Below, piece by piece: positions 27,501 to 41,600 of a stretch of 64,000 nucleotides of DNA (position 1 is the first letter of the stretch; every line of letters starts with the position of its first letter). The stretch is taken from contig OZ024744.1 of assembly GCA_964016885.1 (NCBI GenBank), forward strand, positions 92,876,001-92,940,000. The letters run 5' to 3'. The translations under genes and the position numbers were made by a program. The stretch comes from Eledone cirrhosa. Its lineage: Eukaryota. Under the pieces are notes generated by a model, which did not search any database, was not told the DNA's origin, and saw only the letters and a list, made by a program, of their open reading frames with translations.

Positions 27501-30500
27501 TCTCTTGGTATCAGTCTCTTGGTATCAGCCTCTTGGTATCAGTCTCTTGGTATCAGTCTCTTGGTATCAGTCTCTTGGTATCAGTCTTTTGGTATCAACC
27601 TCTGGGTATCAGTCTCTTGGTATCAGTCTCTTGGTATCAGTCTCTTGGTATCAGTCTCTTGGTATCAGTCTCTTGGTATAAGCCTCTTGGTATCAGTCTC
27701 TTGGTATCAGTCCTTTGGTATCAGTCTCTTGGTATCAGTCTCTTGGTATCGACCCCTTGGTATCAGTCTCTTGGTATCAGTCTCTTGGTATCAGTCTCTT
27801 AGTATCTGTCTCTTGGTATCAGTTTCTTGGTATCAGCCTCTTGGTATCAGCCTCTGGGTATCAGTCTATTGGTATCAGTCTCTTGGTATCAACCTCTTGG
27901 TATAAGTCTCTTGGCATCAACCTCTTGGTATCAGTCTCTTGATATCAACCTCTTGGTATCAACCTCTTGGTATCAACCTCTTGGTATCAAGCTCTTGGTA
28001 TCCGCCCCTTGGTATCAGTCTATTGGTATCAACCTATTGGTATCAGCCTCTTGGTATCAACCTCTTGGTATCAGCCTCATGGTACTAGACTCTTGGTATC
28101 AGCTTCTTGGTATCAGCCTCTTGGCCGCAGCCTCTTGGTATCAGCCTCTTGGTATCAGCCTCTGGGTATCAGTCTATTGGTAGCAACCTATTGGTATCAG
28201 TCTCTTGGTATCAACATCTTGGTATCAACCTCTTGGTATCAGTCTCTTGGTATCAGTCTATTGGTATCAGTCTCTTGGTATCAAATTCTTGGTATAAGTC
28301 TTTTGGCATCAACCTGTTGGTATCAGTCTCTTGATATCAACCTCTTGGTATCAACCTCTTGGTATCAATCTCTTGGTATCAAGCTCTTGGTATCAGCCAC
28401 TTGGTATCAGTCTATTGGTATCAACCTATTGGTATCAGCCTCTTGGTATCAACCTCTTGGTATCAGCCTCATGGTGCTAGACTCTTGGTATCAGCCTCTT
28501 GGTATCAGCCTCTTGGTCGCAGCCTCTTTGTATCAGCCTCTTGGTATCAGCCTCTGGGTATCGGTCTATTGGTATCAACCTCTTGGTATCAGCCTCTTGG
28601 TATCAACCTCTTGGTATCAGCTTCTTGGTATCAGCCTCTTGGTATCAACTTCTTCGTAGCAGCCTCTTGGTATCTACAACTTGGTATCAACCTCTTGGTA
28701 TCAACATCTTGGTATCAACCTCTTGGTATCAACCTCTTGTTATCAACCTCTTGGTATCAGTCTCTTGGTATCAGTCTCTTGGTATCAACCTCTTGGTATC
28801 AGCCTCTTGATATCAACCTCTTGGTATCAACCTCATGGTACTAGCCTCTTGGTACCAGCATCTTGATATCTTCCTCTTGGTATCAGTCTCTTCGTATCAG
28901 TCTCTTGGTATCAGTCTCTAGGTATCAACCATTTGGTATCAACCTCTTGGTATCAGTCACTTGGTATCAGTCTATTGGTATCAGTCTATTGGTATCAGGC
29001 TCTTGTTATCAGTCTCTTGGTATCGACCTCTTGATATCGACCTCTTGGTATCAACCTCTTGGTAGCAGCCTCTTGGTATCAGCTTCTTGGTATCAGTCTA
29101 TTGGTATCAGGGTGTTGGTATAACCCATTTGGTATCAGTCTCTTGATATCAACCTCTTGGTAGCAGCTTCTTGGTATCAACCTCTCGGTATCAGTCTCTT
29201 GGTATCAACCTCTTGGTATCAGCCTCTTGGTATCAGTCTATTGGTATCAGTCTCTTGGTATCAGTCTCTTTGTATCAATCTCTTGGTATCAACCTCTTGG
29301 TATCAGCCTCTTGGTATCAACGTTTTGGTATCAGTCTCTTGGTATCATCCTCTTTGTATCAGCCTCTTTGTATCTACCTCTTGGTATCAGTCTCTTGGTA
29401 GCAGCCTCTTGGTATCAACCTCTTGGTATCAGTCTCTTCGTATCAGCCACTTGGTATCAACCTCTTGGTATCAGTCACTTGGTATCAGTCTCTTGGAATC
29501 AGTCTCTTGATATCAACCTCTTGGTATCAACCTCTTGGTATCAACCTCTTGGTATCAAGCTCTTGGTATCAGCCACTTGGTATCAGTCTATTGGTATCAA
29601 CCTATTGTTATCAGCCTCTTGGTATAAACCTCTTGGTATCAGCCTCATGGTACTAGACTCTTGGTATCAGCCTCTTGGTATCAGCCTCTTGGTCGCAGCC
29701 TCTTTGTATCAGCCTCTTGGTATCAGCCTCTGGGTATCAGTCTATTGGTATCAACCTCTTGGTATCAGCCTCTTGGTATCAACCTCTTGGTATCAGCCTC
29801 TTGGTAGCAGCCTCTTGGTAGCAGCCTCTTGGTATCAGTCTATTGGTGTCGACTTATTGGTATCAGCCTCTTGGTATCAACCTCTTGGTATCAGCCTCTT
29901 GGTATCAGCCTCTTGGTATCAACCTCTTGGTAGCAGCCTCTTGGTATCAGTCTCATGGTATCAGGCTCTTGGTATAACCCACTTGGTATCAGCCACTTGG
30001 TATCAGTCTATTGGTATCAACCTATTGGTATCAGCCTCTTGGTATCAATCTCTTGGTATCAACCTCTTGGTATCAGTCTCATGGTATCAGGCTCTTGGTA
30101 TAACCCACTTGGTATCAGCCACTTGGTATCAGTCTATTGGTATCAACCTATTGGTATCAGCCTCTTGGTATAAACCTCTTGGTATCAGCCTCATGGTACT
30201 AGACTCTTGATATCAGCCTATTGGTATCAACCTCTTGGTATCAGCCTCTTGGTATCAGCCTCTTGGTAGCAGCCTCTTGGTATCAGTCTATTGGTATCAA
30301 CCTATTGGTATCAATCTCTTGGTATCAGCCTCTTGGTATCAGTCTCTTGGTATCAGTCTCTTGATATCAAACTCTTGGTATCAGTCTCTTGGTATCGACC
30401 TCTTGGTATCAGCCTCTTGGTATCAACCTCTTGTTATCAACCTCTTGGTATCAGCCTCTTGGTATCAACCTCTTGGTATCAACCTCTTGGTATCAGTCTC

Positions 30501-32539
30501 TTGGTATCAGTCTCTTGGTATCAACCTCTTGGTATCAGCCTCTTGATATCAACCTCTTGGTATCAACCTCATGGTACTAGACTCTTGGTACCAGCCTCTT
30601 GATATCTACCTCTTGGTATCAGCCTCTTGGTATCAGTCTCTTGGTATCAGTCTCTTGGTATCAACCATTTGGTATCAACCTCTTGGTATCAGTCGCTTGG
30701 TATCAGTCTATTGGTATCAGTCTTTTGGTATCAGGCACTTGGTATAACCCATTTGGTATCAGTCTCTTGATATCAACCTCTTGGTAGCAGCCTCTTGGTA
30801 TCAACCTCTTGGTATCAATCTCTTGATATCAACCCCTTGGTATCAGCCTATTGGTATCAGTCTATTGGTATCAGTCTCTTGGTATCAGTCTCTTGGTATC
30901 AGTCTCTTGGTATCGACCTCTTGGTATCGACCTCTTGTCATCAACCTCTTGGTAGCAGCCTCTTGGTATCAGGTTCTTGGTATCAGTCTATTGGTATCAG
31001 GCTGTTGGTATAACCCATTTGGTATCAGTCTCTTGATATCAACCTCTTGGTGGCAGCCTCTTGGTATCAACCTCTTGGTATCAGTCTCTTGGTATCAACC
31101 TCTTGGTATCAGCCTCTTGGTATCAGTCTATTGGTATCAGTCTCTTGGTATCAGTCTCTTTGTATCAGTCTCTTGGTATCAACCTCTTGGTATCAGCCTC
31201 TAGGTATCAACGTTTTGGTATCAGTCCCTTGGTATCATCCTCTTTGTATCAGCCTCTTCGTATCTACCTCTTGGTATCAGTCTCTTGGTATCAACCTCTT
31301 GGTATCAACCTCTTGGTAGCAGCCTCTTGGTATCAACCTCTTGGTTTCAGTCTCTTGGTATCAGCCACTTGGTATCAGTCTCTTGGTATCAGTCTCTTGG
31401 TATCAGTCTCTTAGTATCAGTCTCTTGGTATCAGTCTCTTGGTATCAGTCTCTTGGTATCAGTCTCTTGGTATCAGCCTCTTGGTATCAGTCTCTTGGTA
31501 TCAGTCTCTTGGTATCAAGCTCTTGGTATCACACTTTTGGTATCAGCCACTTGGTATCAACCTCTTGGTATCAACCTCTTGGTATCAGTCTCTTGGTATC
31601 AGTCTCTTGGTATCAACCTCTTGGTATCAGTCTCTTGGTATCAACATCTTGGTATCAGCCTCTTGGTATCTACCTCTTGGTATCAACCTCTTGGTAGCAG
31701 CCTCTTGGTGTCAGTCTCTTGGTATCAACCTCTTGGTATCAGTCTCTTGGTATCAGTCTCTAGGTATAAGTCCCTTGGTATCAGTCTCTTGGTATCAGTC
31801 TCTTGGTATCAGTCTCTTGGTATCAGTCTCTTGGTATCAGTCTCTTGGTACCAGTCTCTTGGTATCAGTCTCTTGGTATCAGTCTCTTGGTATCAGTCTC
31901 TTGGTATCAGTCTCTTGGTATCAGTCTCTTGGTATAAGCCTCTTGGTATCAGTCTCTTGGTATCAGTCCTTTGGTATCAGTCTCTTGGTATCAGTCTCTT
32001 GGTATCGACCCCTTGGTATCAGTCTCTTGGTATCAGTCTCTTGGTATCAGTCTCTTAGTATCTGTCTCTTGGTATCAGTTTCTTGGTATCAGCCTCTTGG
32101 TATCAGCCTCTGGGTATCAGTCTATTGGTATCAGTCTCTTGGTATCAACCTCTTGGTATAAGTCTCTTGGCATCAACCTCTTGGTATCAGTCTCTTGATA
32201 TCAACCTCTTGGTATCAACCTCTTGGTATCAACCTCTTGGTATCAAGCTCTTGGTATCCGCCCCTTGGTATCAGTCTATTGGTATCAACCTATTGGTATC
32301 AGCCTCTTGGTATCAACCTCTTGGTATCAGCCTCATGGTACTAGACTCTTGGTATCAGCTTCTTGGTATCAGCCTCTTGGCCGCAGCCTCTTGGTATCAG
32401 CCTCTTGGTATCAGCCTCTGGGTATCAGTCTATTGGTATCAACCTATTGGTATCAGCCTCTTGGTATCAACCTCTTGGTATCAGTCTATTGGTATCAGTC
32501 TCTTGGTATCAAATTCTTGGTATAAGTCTCTTGGCATCA

Positions 32540-35500
32540 ACCTCTTGGTATCAGTCTCTTGATATCAACCTCTTGGTATCAACCTCTTGGTATCAGCCAC
32601 TTGGTATCAGTCTATTGGTATCAACCTATTGGTATCAGCCTCTTGGTATCAACCTCTTGGCATCAACCTCTTGGTAGCAGCCTCTTGGTATCAGGTTCTT
32701 GGTATCAGTCTATTGGTATCAGGCTGTTGGTATAACCCATTTGGTATCAGTCTCTTGATATCAACCTCTTGGTAGCAGCCTCTTGGTATCAACCTCTTGG
32801 TATCAGTCTCTTGGTATCAACCTTTTGGTATCAGCCTCTTGGTATCAGTCTATTGGTATCAGTCTCTTGGTATCAGTCTCTTTGTATCAGTCTCTTGGTA
32901 TCAACCTCTTGGTATCAGCCTCTAGGTATCAACGTTTTGTTATCAGTCCCATGGTATCAACCTCTTTGTATCAGCCTCTTCGTATCTACCTCTTGGTATC
33001 AGTCTCTTGGTATCAACCTCTTGGTATCAACCTCTTGGTAGCAGCCTCTTGGTATCAACCTCTTGGTATCAGTCTCTTGGTATCAGCCACTTGGTATCAA
33101 CCTCTTGGTATCAGTCTCTTGGTATCAGTCTCTTGGTATCAGTCTCTTGGTATCAGTCTCTTGGTATCAGTCTCTTGGTATCAACCTCTTGGTATCAGTC
33201 TCTTGGTATCAGCCTCTTTGTATCAGTCTCTTGGTATCAGTCTCTTGGTATCACACTTTTGGTATCAGCCACTTGGTATCAACCTCTTGGTATCAACCTC
33301 TTGGTATCAGTCTCTTGGTATCAGTCTCTTGGTATCAACCTCTTGGTATCAGTCTCTTGGTATCAACATCTTGGTATCAGCCTCTTGGTATCTACCTCTT
33401 GGTATCAACCTCTTGGTAGCAGCCTCTTGGTGTCAGTCTCTTGGTATCAACCTCTTGGTATCAGTCTCTTGGTATCAGTCTCTAGGTATCAGTGCCTTGG
33501 TATCAGTCTCTTGGTATCAGTCTCTTGGTATCAGTCTCTTGGTATCAGTCTCTTGGTATCAGTCTCTTGGTATCAGTCTCTTGGTATCAGTCTCTTGGTA
33601 TCAGTCTCTTGGTGTCAGTCTCTTGGTATCGACCTCTTGGTATCTGCCTCTTGGTATCAACATCTTGGTATCAGTCTCTTGGTATCAGTCTCTTGGTATC
33701 AGTCTCTTGGTATCAGCCTCTTGGTATCAGTCTATTGGTATCAGTCTCTTGGTATCAGTCTCTTGGTATCAGTCTCTTGGTATCAGTCTCTTGGTATCAG
33801 TCTCTTGGTATCAAGCTCTTTGTATCACACTTTTGGTATCAGCCACTTGGTATCAACCTCTTGGTATCAACCTCTTGGTATCAGTCTCTTGGTGTCAGTC
33901 TCTTGGTATCAACCTCTTGGTATCAGTCTCTTGGTATCAACATCTTGGTATCAGCCTCTTGGTATCTACCTCTTGGTATCAACCTCTTGGTAGCAGCCTC
34001 TTGGTGTCAGTCTCTTGGTATCAACCTCTTGGTATCAGTCTCTTGGTATCAGTCTCTAGGTATCAGTGCCTTGGTATCAGTCTCTTGGTATCAGTCTCTT
34101 GGTATCAGTCTCTTGGTATCAGTCTCTTGGTATCAGTCTCTTGGTATCAGTCTCTTGGTATCTGTCTCTTGGTGTCAGTCTCTTGGTATCGACATCTTGG
34201 TATCTGCCTCTTGGTATCAACCTCTTGGTATCAGTCTCTTGGTATCAGTCTCTTGGTATCAGTCTCTTGGTATCAGTCTCTTGGTATCAGCCTCTTGGTA
34301 TCAGTCTATTGGTATCAGTCTCTTGGTATCAGTCTCTTGGTATCAGTCTCTTGGTATCAGTCTCTTGGTATCAGTCTCTTGGTATCAACCTCTTGGTATC
34401 AGTCTCTTGGTATCAGTCTCTTGGTATCAGTCTCTTGGTATCAGTCTTTTGGTATCAGCCTCTTGGTATCAGTCTCTTGGTATCAGTCTCTTGGTATCAG
34501 TCTCTTGGTATCAGTCGTTTGGTAACAACCTCTGGGTATCAGTCTCTTGGTATCGGTCTCTTGGTATCAGTTTCTTGGTATCAGTCTCTTGGTATCAGTC
34601 TCTTGGTATCAGTCTCTTGGTATCAGCCTCTTGGTATCAGTCTCTTGGTATCAGTCCTTTGGTATCAGTCTCTTGGTATCAGTCTCTTGGTATCAACATC
34701 TTGGTATCAACCTCTTGGTATCAGTCTCTTGGTATCAACCTCTTGGTATCAGTCTCTTGGTATAAGTCTCTTGGTATCAGTCTCTTGGTATCAGCCTCTT
34801 GGTATCAACCTCTTGTTATCAGTCTCTTGGTATCGACCTCTTGGTATCAACCTCTTGGTATCAGTCTCTTGATATCAACCTCTTGGTATCAACCTCTTGG
34901 TATCAGCCACTTGGTATCAGTCTATTGGTATCAACCTATTGGTATCAGCCTCTTGGTATCAACCTCTTGGCATCAACCTCTTGGTAGCAGCCTCTTGGTA
35001 TCAGGTTCTTGGTATCAGTCTATTGGTATCAGGCTGTTGGTATAACCCATTTGGTATCAGTCTCTTGATATCAACCTCTTGGTAGCAGCCTCTTGGTATC
35101 AACCTCTTGTTATCAGTCTCTTGGTATCAACCTTTTGGTATCAGCCTCTTGGTATCAGTCTATTGGTATCAGTCTCTTGGTATCAGTCTCTTTGTATCAG
35201 TCTCTTGGTATCAACCTCTTGGTATCAGACTCTAGGTATCAACGTTTTGGTATCAGTCCCATGGTATCAACCTCTTTGTATCAGCCTCTTCGTATCTACC
35301 TCTTGGTATCAGTCTCTTGGTATCAACCTCTTGGTATCAACCTCTTGGTAGCAGCCTCTTGGTATCAACCTCTTGGTATCAGTCTCTTGGTATCAGCCAC
35401 TTGGTATCAACCTCTTGGTATCAGTCTCTTGGTATCAGTCCCTTGGTATCAGTCTCTTGGTATCAGTCTCTTGGTATCAGTCTCTTGGTATCAACCTCTT

Positions 35501-37090
35501 GGTATCAGTCTCTTGGTATCAGCCTCTTTGTATCAGTCTCTTGGTATCAGTCTCTTGGTATCAAGCTCTTGGTATCACACTTTTGGTATCAGCCACTTGG
35601 TATCAACCTCTTGGTATCAACCTCTTGGTATCAGTCTCTTGGTATCAACATCTTGGTATGAGCCTCTTGGTATCTACCTCTTGGTATCAACCTCTTGGTA
35701 GCAGCCTCTTGGTGTCAGTCTCTTGGTATCAACCTCTTGGTATCAGTCTCTTGGTATCAGTCTCTAGGTATCAGTGCCTTGGTATCAGTCTCTTGGTATC
35801 AGTCTCTTGGTATCAGTCTCTTGGTATCAGTCTCTTGGTATCAGTCTCTTGGTATCAGTCTCTTGGTATCAGTCTCTTGGTATCAGTCTCTTGGTGTCAG
35901 TCTCTTGGTATCGACCTCTTGGTATCTGCCTCTTGGTATCAACATCTTGGTATCAGTCTCTTGGTATCAGTCTCTTGGTATCAGTCTCTTGGTATCAGCC
36001 TCTTGGTATCAGTCTATTGGTATCAGTCTCTTGGTATCAGTCTCTTGGTATCAGTCTCTTGTTATCAGTCTCTTGGTATCAGTCTCTTGGTATCAAGCTC
36101 TTGGTATCACACTTTTGGTATCAGCCACTTGGTATCAACCTCTTGGTATCAGTCTCTTGGTATCAGTCTCTTGGTATCAGTCTCTTGGTATCAACCTCTT
36201 GGTATCAGTCTCTTGGTATCAACATCTTGGTATCAGCCTCTTGGTATCTACCTCTTGGTATCAACCTCTTGGTAGCAGCCTCTTGGTGTCAGACTCTTGG
36301 TATCAACCTCTTGGTATCAGTCTCTTGGTATCAGTCTCTAGGTATCAGTGCCTTGGTATCAGTCTCTTGGTATCAGTCTCTTGGTATCAGTCTCTTGGTA
36401 TCAGTCTCTTGGTATCTGTCTCTTGGTGTCAGTCTCTTGGTATCGACCTCTTGGTATCTGCCTCTTGGTATCAACCTCTTGGTATCAGTCTCTTGGTATC
36501 AGTCTCTTGGTATCAGTCTCTTGGTATCAGCCTCTTGGTATCAGTCTATTGGTATCAGTCTCTTGGTATCAGTCTCTTGGTATCAGTCTCTTGGTATCAG
36601 TCTCTTGGTATCAGTCTCTTGGTATCAACCTCTTGGTATCAGTCTCTTGGTATCAGTCTCTTGGTATCAGTCACTTGGTATCAGTCTTTTGGTATCAGCC
36701 TCTTGGTATCAGTCTCTTGGTATCAGTCTCTTGGTATCAGTCTCTTGGTATCAGTCGTTTGGTATCAACCTCTGGGTATCAGTCTCTTGGTATCAGTCTC
36801 TTGGTGTCAGTTTCTTGGTATCAGTCTCTTGGTATCAGTCTCTTGGTATCAGTCTCTTGGTATCAGCCTCTTGGTATCAGTCTCTTGGTATCAGTCCTTT
36901 GGTATCAGTCTCTTGGTATCAGTCTCTTGGTATCAACATCTTGGTATCAACCTCTTGGTATCAGTCTCTTGGTATCAACCTCTTGGTATCAGTCTCTTGG
37001 TATAAGTCTCTTGGTATCAGTCTCTTGGTATCAGCCTCTTGGTATCAACCTCTTGTTATCAGTCTCTTGGTATCGACCTCTTGGTATCAA
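32540..37090 (+). repeat. Tandem higher-order duplication of ~2.3 kb, each copy with an internal 574-bp (41-monomer) duplication
   Basis: Identical ORFs at 32587 and 34897 (offset 2310 = 165x14). The CTAGGTATCAGTGCC marker is paired at ~33492/34066 and ~35774/36348. Confidence 0.8.
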
Positions 37091-40000
37091 CATCTTGGTA
37101 TCAGTCTCTTGCTATCAGTCTCTTGGTATCTGTCTCTTGGTATCAGTGTCTTGGTATCAACCATTTGGTATCAGCTACATGGTACCAACCTCTTGGTATC
37201 AGCTTCTCGGTGTCAACATCTTGGTATCAGCCTCTTGGTATCAGCCACATGGTATCAACCTCTTGGTATCAGTCTATTGGTATCAGTCTCTTGGTATCAA
37301 CCTCTTGGTATAAGTCTCTTGGTATCAACCTCTTGGTATCAGCCTCTTGGTATCAACATTTTGGTATCAGTCTCTTGGTATCAACCTCTTTGTATCAGCC
37401 TCTTCGTATCTACCTCTTGGTGTCAGCCTCTTGGTAGCAGCCTCTTGGTATCAACATCTTGGTATCAGTCTCTTGGTATCAACCTCTTGGTATCAACCTC
37501 TTGGTATCAACCTCTTGGTATCAACCTCTTGGTATCAAGCTCTTGGTATCCGCCACTTGGTATCAGTCTATTGGTATCAACCTATTGGTATCAGCCTCTT
37601 CGTATCAACCTCTTGGTATCAGCCTCATGGTACTAGACTCTTGGTATCAGCCTCTTGGTATCAGCCTCTTGGTCGCAGCCTCTTTGTATCAGCCTCTTGG
37701 TATCAGCCTCTGGGTATCAGTCTATTGGTATCAACCTATTGGTATCAGCCTCTTGTTATCAACCTCTTGGTATCAGTCTATTGGTATCAGTCTCTTGGTA
37801 TCAAATTCTTGGTATAAGTCTCTTGGCATCAACCTCTTGGTATCAGTCTCTTGATCTCAACCTCTTGATATCAACCTCTTGGTATCAACCTCTTGGTATC
37901 AAGCTCTTGGTATCAGCCACTTGGTATCAGTCTATTGGTATCAACCTATTGTTATCAGCCTCTTGGTATATACCTCTTGGTATCAGCCTCATGGTACTAG
38001 ACTCTTGGTATCAGCCTCTTGGTCGCAGCCTCTTTGTATCAGCCTCTTGGTATCAGCCTCTGGGTATCAGTCTATTGGTATCAACCTCTTGGTATCAGCC
38101 TCTTGGTATCAACCTCTTGGTATCAGCCTCTTGGTAGCAGCCTCTTGGTAGCAGCCTCTTGGTATCAGTCTATTGGTGTCAACCTATTGGTATCAGCCTC
38201 TTGGTATCAACCTCTTGGTATCAGCCTCTTGGTATCAGCCTCTTGGTATCAACCTCTTGGTAGCAGCCTCTTGGTATCAGTCTCATGGTATCAGGCTCTT
38301 GGTATAACCCACTTGGTATCAGCCACTTGGTATCAGTCTATTGGTATCAACCTATTGGTATCAGCCTCTTGGTATCAATCTCTTGGTATCAACCTCTTGG
38401 TATCAGTCTCATGGTATCAGGCTCTTGGTATAACCCACTTGGTATCAGCCACTTGGTATCAGTCTATTGGTATCAACCTATTGGTATCAGCCTGTTGGTA
38501 TAAACCTCTTGGTATCAGCCTCATGGTACTAGACTCTTGATATCAGCCTATTGGTATCAACCTCTTGGTATCAGCCTCTTGGTATCAGCCTCTTGGTAGC
38601 AGCCTCTTGGTATCAGTCTATTGGTATCAACCTATTGGTATCAATCTCTTGGTATCAGCCTCTTGGTATCAGTCTCTTGGTATCAGTCTCTTGATATCAA
38701 ACTCTTGGTATCAGTCTCTTGGTATCGACCTCTTGGTATCAGCCTCTTGGTATCAACCTCTTGTTATCAACCTCTTGGTATCAGCCTCTTGGTATCAACC
38801 TCTTGGTATCAACCTCTTGGTATCAGTCTCTTGGTATCAGTCTCTTGGTATCAACCTCTTGGTATCAGCCTCTTGATATCAACCTCTTGGTATCAACCTC
38901 ATGGTACTAGACTCTTGGTACCAGCCTCTTGATATCTACCTCTTGGTATCAGCCTCTTGGTATCAGTCTCTTGGTATCAGTCTCTTGGTATCAACCATTT
39001 GGTATCAAGCTCTTGGTATCAGTCGCTTGGTATCAGTCTATTGGTATCAGTCTTTTGGTATCAGGCTCTTGGTATAACCCATTTGGTATCAGTCTCTTGA
39101 TATCAACCTCTTGGTATCAGTCTCTTGGTATCAGTCTCTTGGTATCAGTCTCTTGGTATCAGTCTTTTGGTATCAGCCTCTTGGTATCAGTCTCTTGGTA
39201 TCAGTCTCTTGGTATCAGTCTCTTGGTATCAGTCGTTTGGTATCAACCTCTGGGTATCAGTCTCTTGGTATCAGTCTCTTGGTATCAGTTTCTTGGTATC
39301 AGTCTCTTGGTATCAGTCTCTTGGTATCAGTCTCTTGGTATCAGCCTCTTGGTATCAGTCTCTTGGTATCAGTCCTTTGGTATCAGTCTCTTGGTATCAG
39401 TCTCTTGGTATCAACATCTTGGTATCAACCTCTTGGTATCAGTCTCTTGGTATCAACCTCTTGGTATCAGTCTCTTGGTATAAGTCTCTTGGTATCAGTC
39501 TCTTGGTATCAGCCTCTTGGTATCAACCTCTTGTTATCAGTCTCTTGGTATCGACCTCTTGGTATCAACCTCTTGGTATCAGTCTCTTGCTATCAGTCTC
39601 TTGGTATCTGTCTCTTGGTATCAGTGTCTTGGTATCAACCATTTGGTATCAGCTACATGGTACCAACCTCTTGGTATCAGCTTCTCGGTGTCAACATCTT
39701 GGTATCAGCCTCTTGGTATCAGCCACATGGTATCAACCTCTTGGTATCAGTCTATTGGTATCAGTCTCTTGGTATCAACCTCTTGGTATAAGTCTCTTGG
39801 TATCAACCTCTTGGTATCAGCCTCTTGGTATCAACATTTTGGTATCAGTCTCTTGGTATCAACCTCTTTGTATCAGCCTCTTCGTATCTACCTCTTGGTG
39901 TCAGCCTCTTGGTAGCAGCCTCTTGGTATCAACATCTTGGTATCAGTCTCTTGGTATCAGTCTCTTGGAATCAGTCTCTTGATATCAACCTCTTGGTATC

Positions 40001-41600
40001 AACCTCTTGGTATCAACCTCTTGGTATCAAGCTCTTGGTATCCGCCACTTGGTATCAGTCTATTGGTATCAACCTATTGGTATCAGCCTCTTCGTATCAA
40101 CCTCTTGGTATCAGCCTCATGGTACTAGACTCTTGGTATCAGCCTCTTGGTATCAGCCTCTTGGTCGCAGCCTCTTTGTATCAGCCTCTTGGTATCAGCC
40201 TCTGGGTATCAGTCTATTGGTATCAACCTATTGGTATCAGCCTCTTGTTATCAACCTCTTGGTATCAGTCTATTGGTATCAGTCTCTTGGTATCAAATTC
40301 TTGGTATAAGTCTCTTGGCATCAACCTCTTGGTATCAGTCTCTTGATCTCAACCTCTTGATATCAACCTCTTGGTATCAACCTCTTGGTATCAAGCTCTT
40401 GGTATCAGCCACTTGGTATCAGTCTATTGGTATCAACCTATTGTTATCAGCCTCTTGGTATATACCTCTTGGTATCAGCCTCATGGTACTAGACTCTTGG
40501 TATCAGCCTCTTGGTATCAGCCTCTTGGTCGCAGCCTCTTTGTATCAGCCTCTTGGTATCAGCCTCTGGGTATCAGTCTATTGGTATCAACCTCTTGGTA
40601 TCAGCCTCTTGGTATCAACCTCTTGGTATCAGCCTCTTGGTAGCAGCCTCTTGGTAGCAGCCTCTTGGTATCAGTCTATTGGTGTCAACCTATTGGTATC
40701 AGCCTCTTGGTATCAACCTCTTGGTATCAGCCTCTTGGTATCAGCCTCTTGGTATCAACCTCTTGGTAGCAGCCTCTTGGTATCAGTCTCATGGTATCAG
40801 GCTCTTGGTATAACCCACTTGGTATCAGCCACTTGGTATCAGTCTATTGGTATCAACCTATTGGTATCAGCCTCTTGGTATCAATCTCTTGGTATCAACC
40901 TCTTGGTATCAGTCTCATGGTATCAGGCTCTTGGTATAACCCACTTGGTATCAGCCACTTGGTATCAGTCTATTGGTATCAACCTATTGGTATCAGCCTG
41001 TTGGTATAAACCTCTTGGTATCAGCCTCATGGTACTAGACTCTTGATATCAGCCTATTGGTATCAACCTCTTGGTATCAGCCTCTTGGTATCAGCCTCTT
41101 GGTAGCAGCCTCTTGGTATCAGTCTATTGGTATCAACCTATTGGTATCAATCTCTTGGTATCAGCCTCTTGGTATCAGTCTCTTGGTATCAGTCTCTTGA
41201 TATCAAACTCTTGGTATCAGTCTCTTGGTATCGACCTCTTGGTATCAGCCTCTTGGTATCAACCTCTTGTTATCAACCTCTTGGTATCAGCCTCTTGGTA
41301 TCAACCTCTTGGTATCAACCTCTTGGTATCAGTCTCTTGGTATCAGTCTCTTGGTATCAACCTCTTGGTATCAGCCTCTTGATATCAACCTCTTGGTATC
41401 AACCTCATGGTACTAGACTCTTGGTACCAGCCTCTTGATATCTACCTCTTGGTATCAGCCTCTTGGTATCAGTCTCTTGGTATCAGTCTCTTGGTATCAA
41501 CCATTTGGTATCAAGCTCTTGGTATCAGTCGCTTGGTATCAGTCTATTGGTATCAGTCTTTTGGTATCAGGCTCTTGGTATAACCCATTTGGTATCAGTC
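36660..41600 (+). repeat. Tandem higher-order duplication of ~2.5 kb (2478-2506 bp); part of it also matches ~29550-31800
   Basis: GCTACATGGTACC at 37174 and 39652. Identical ORFs at 29955/38285/40791 and 30235/38565/41071. Confidence 0.82.
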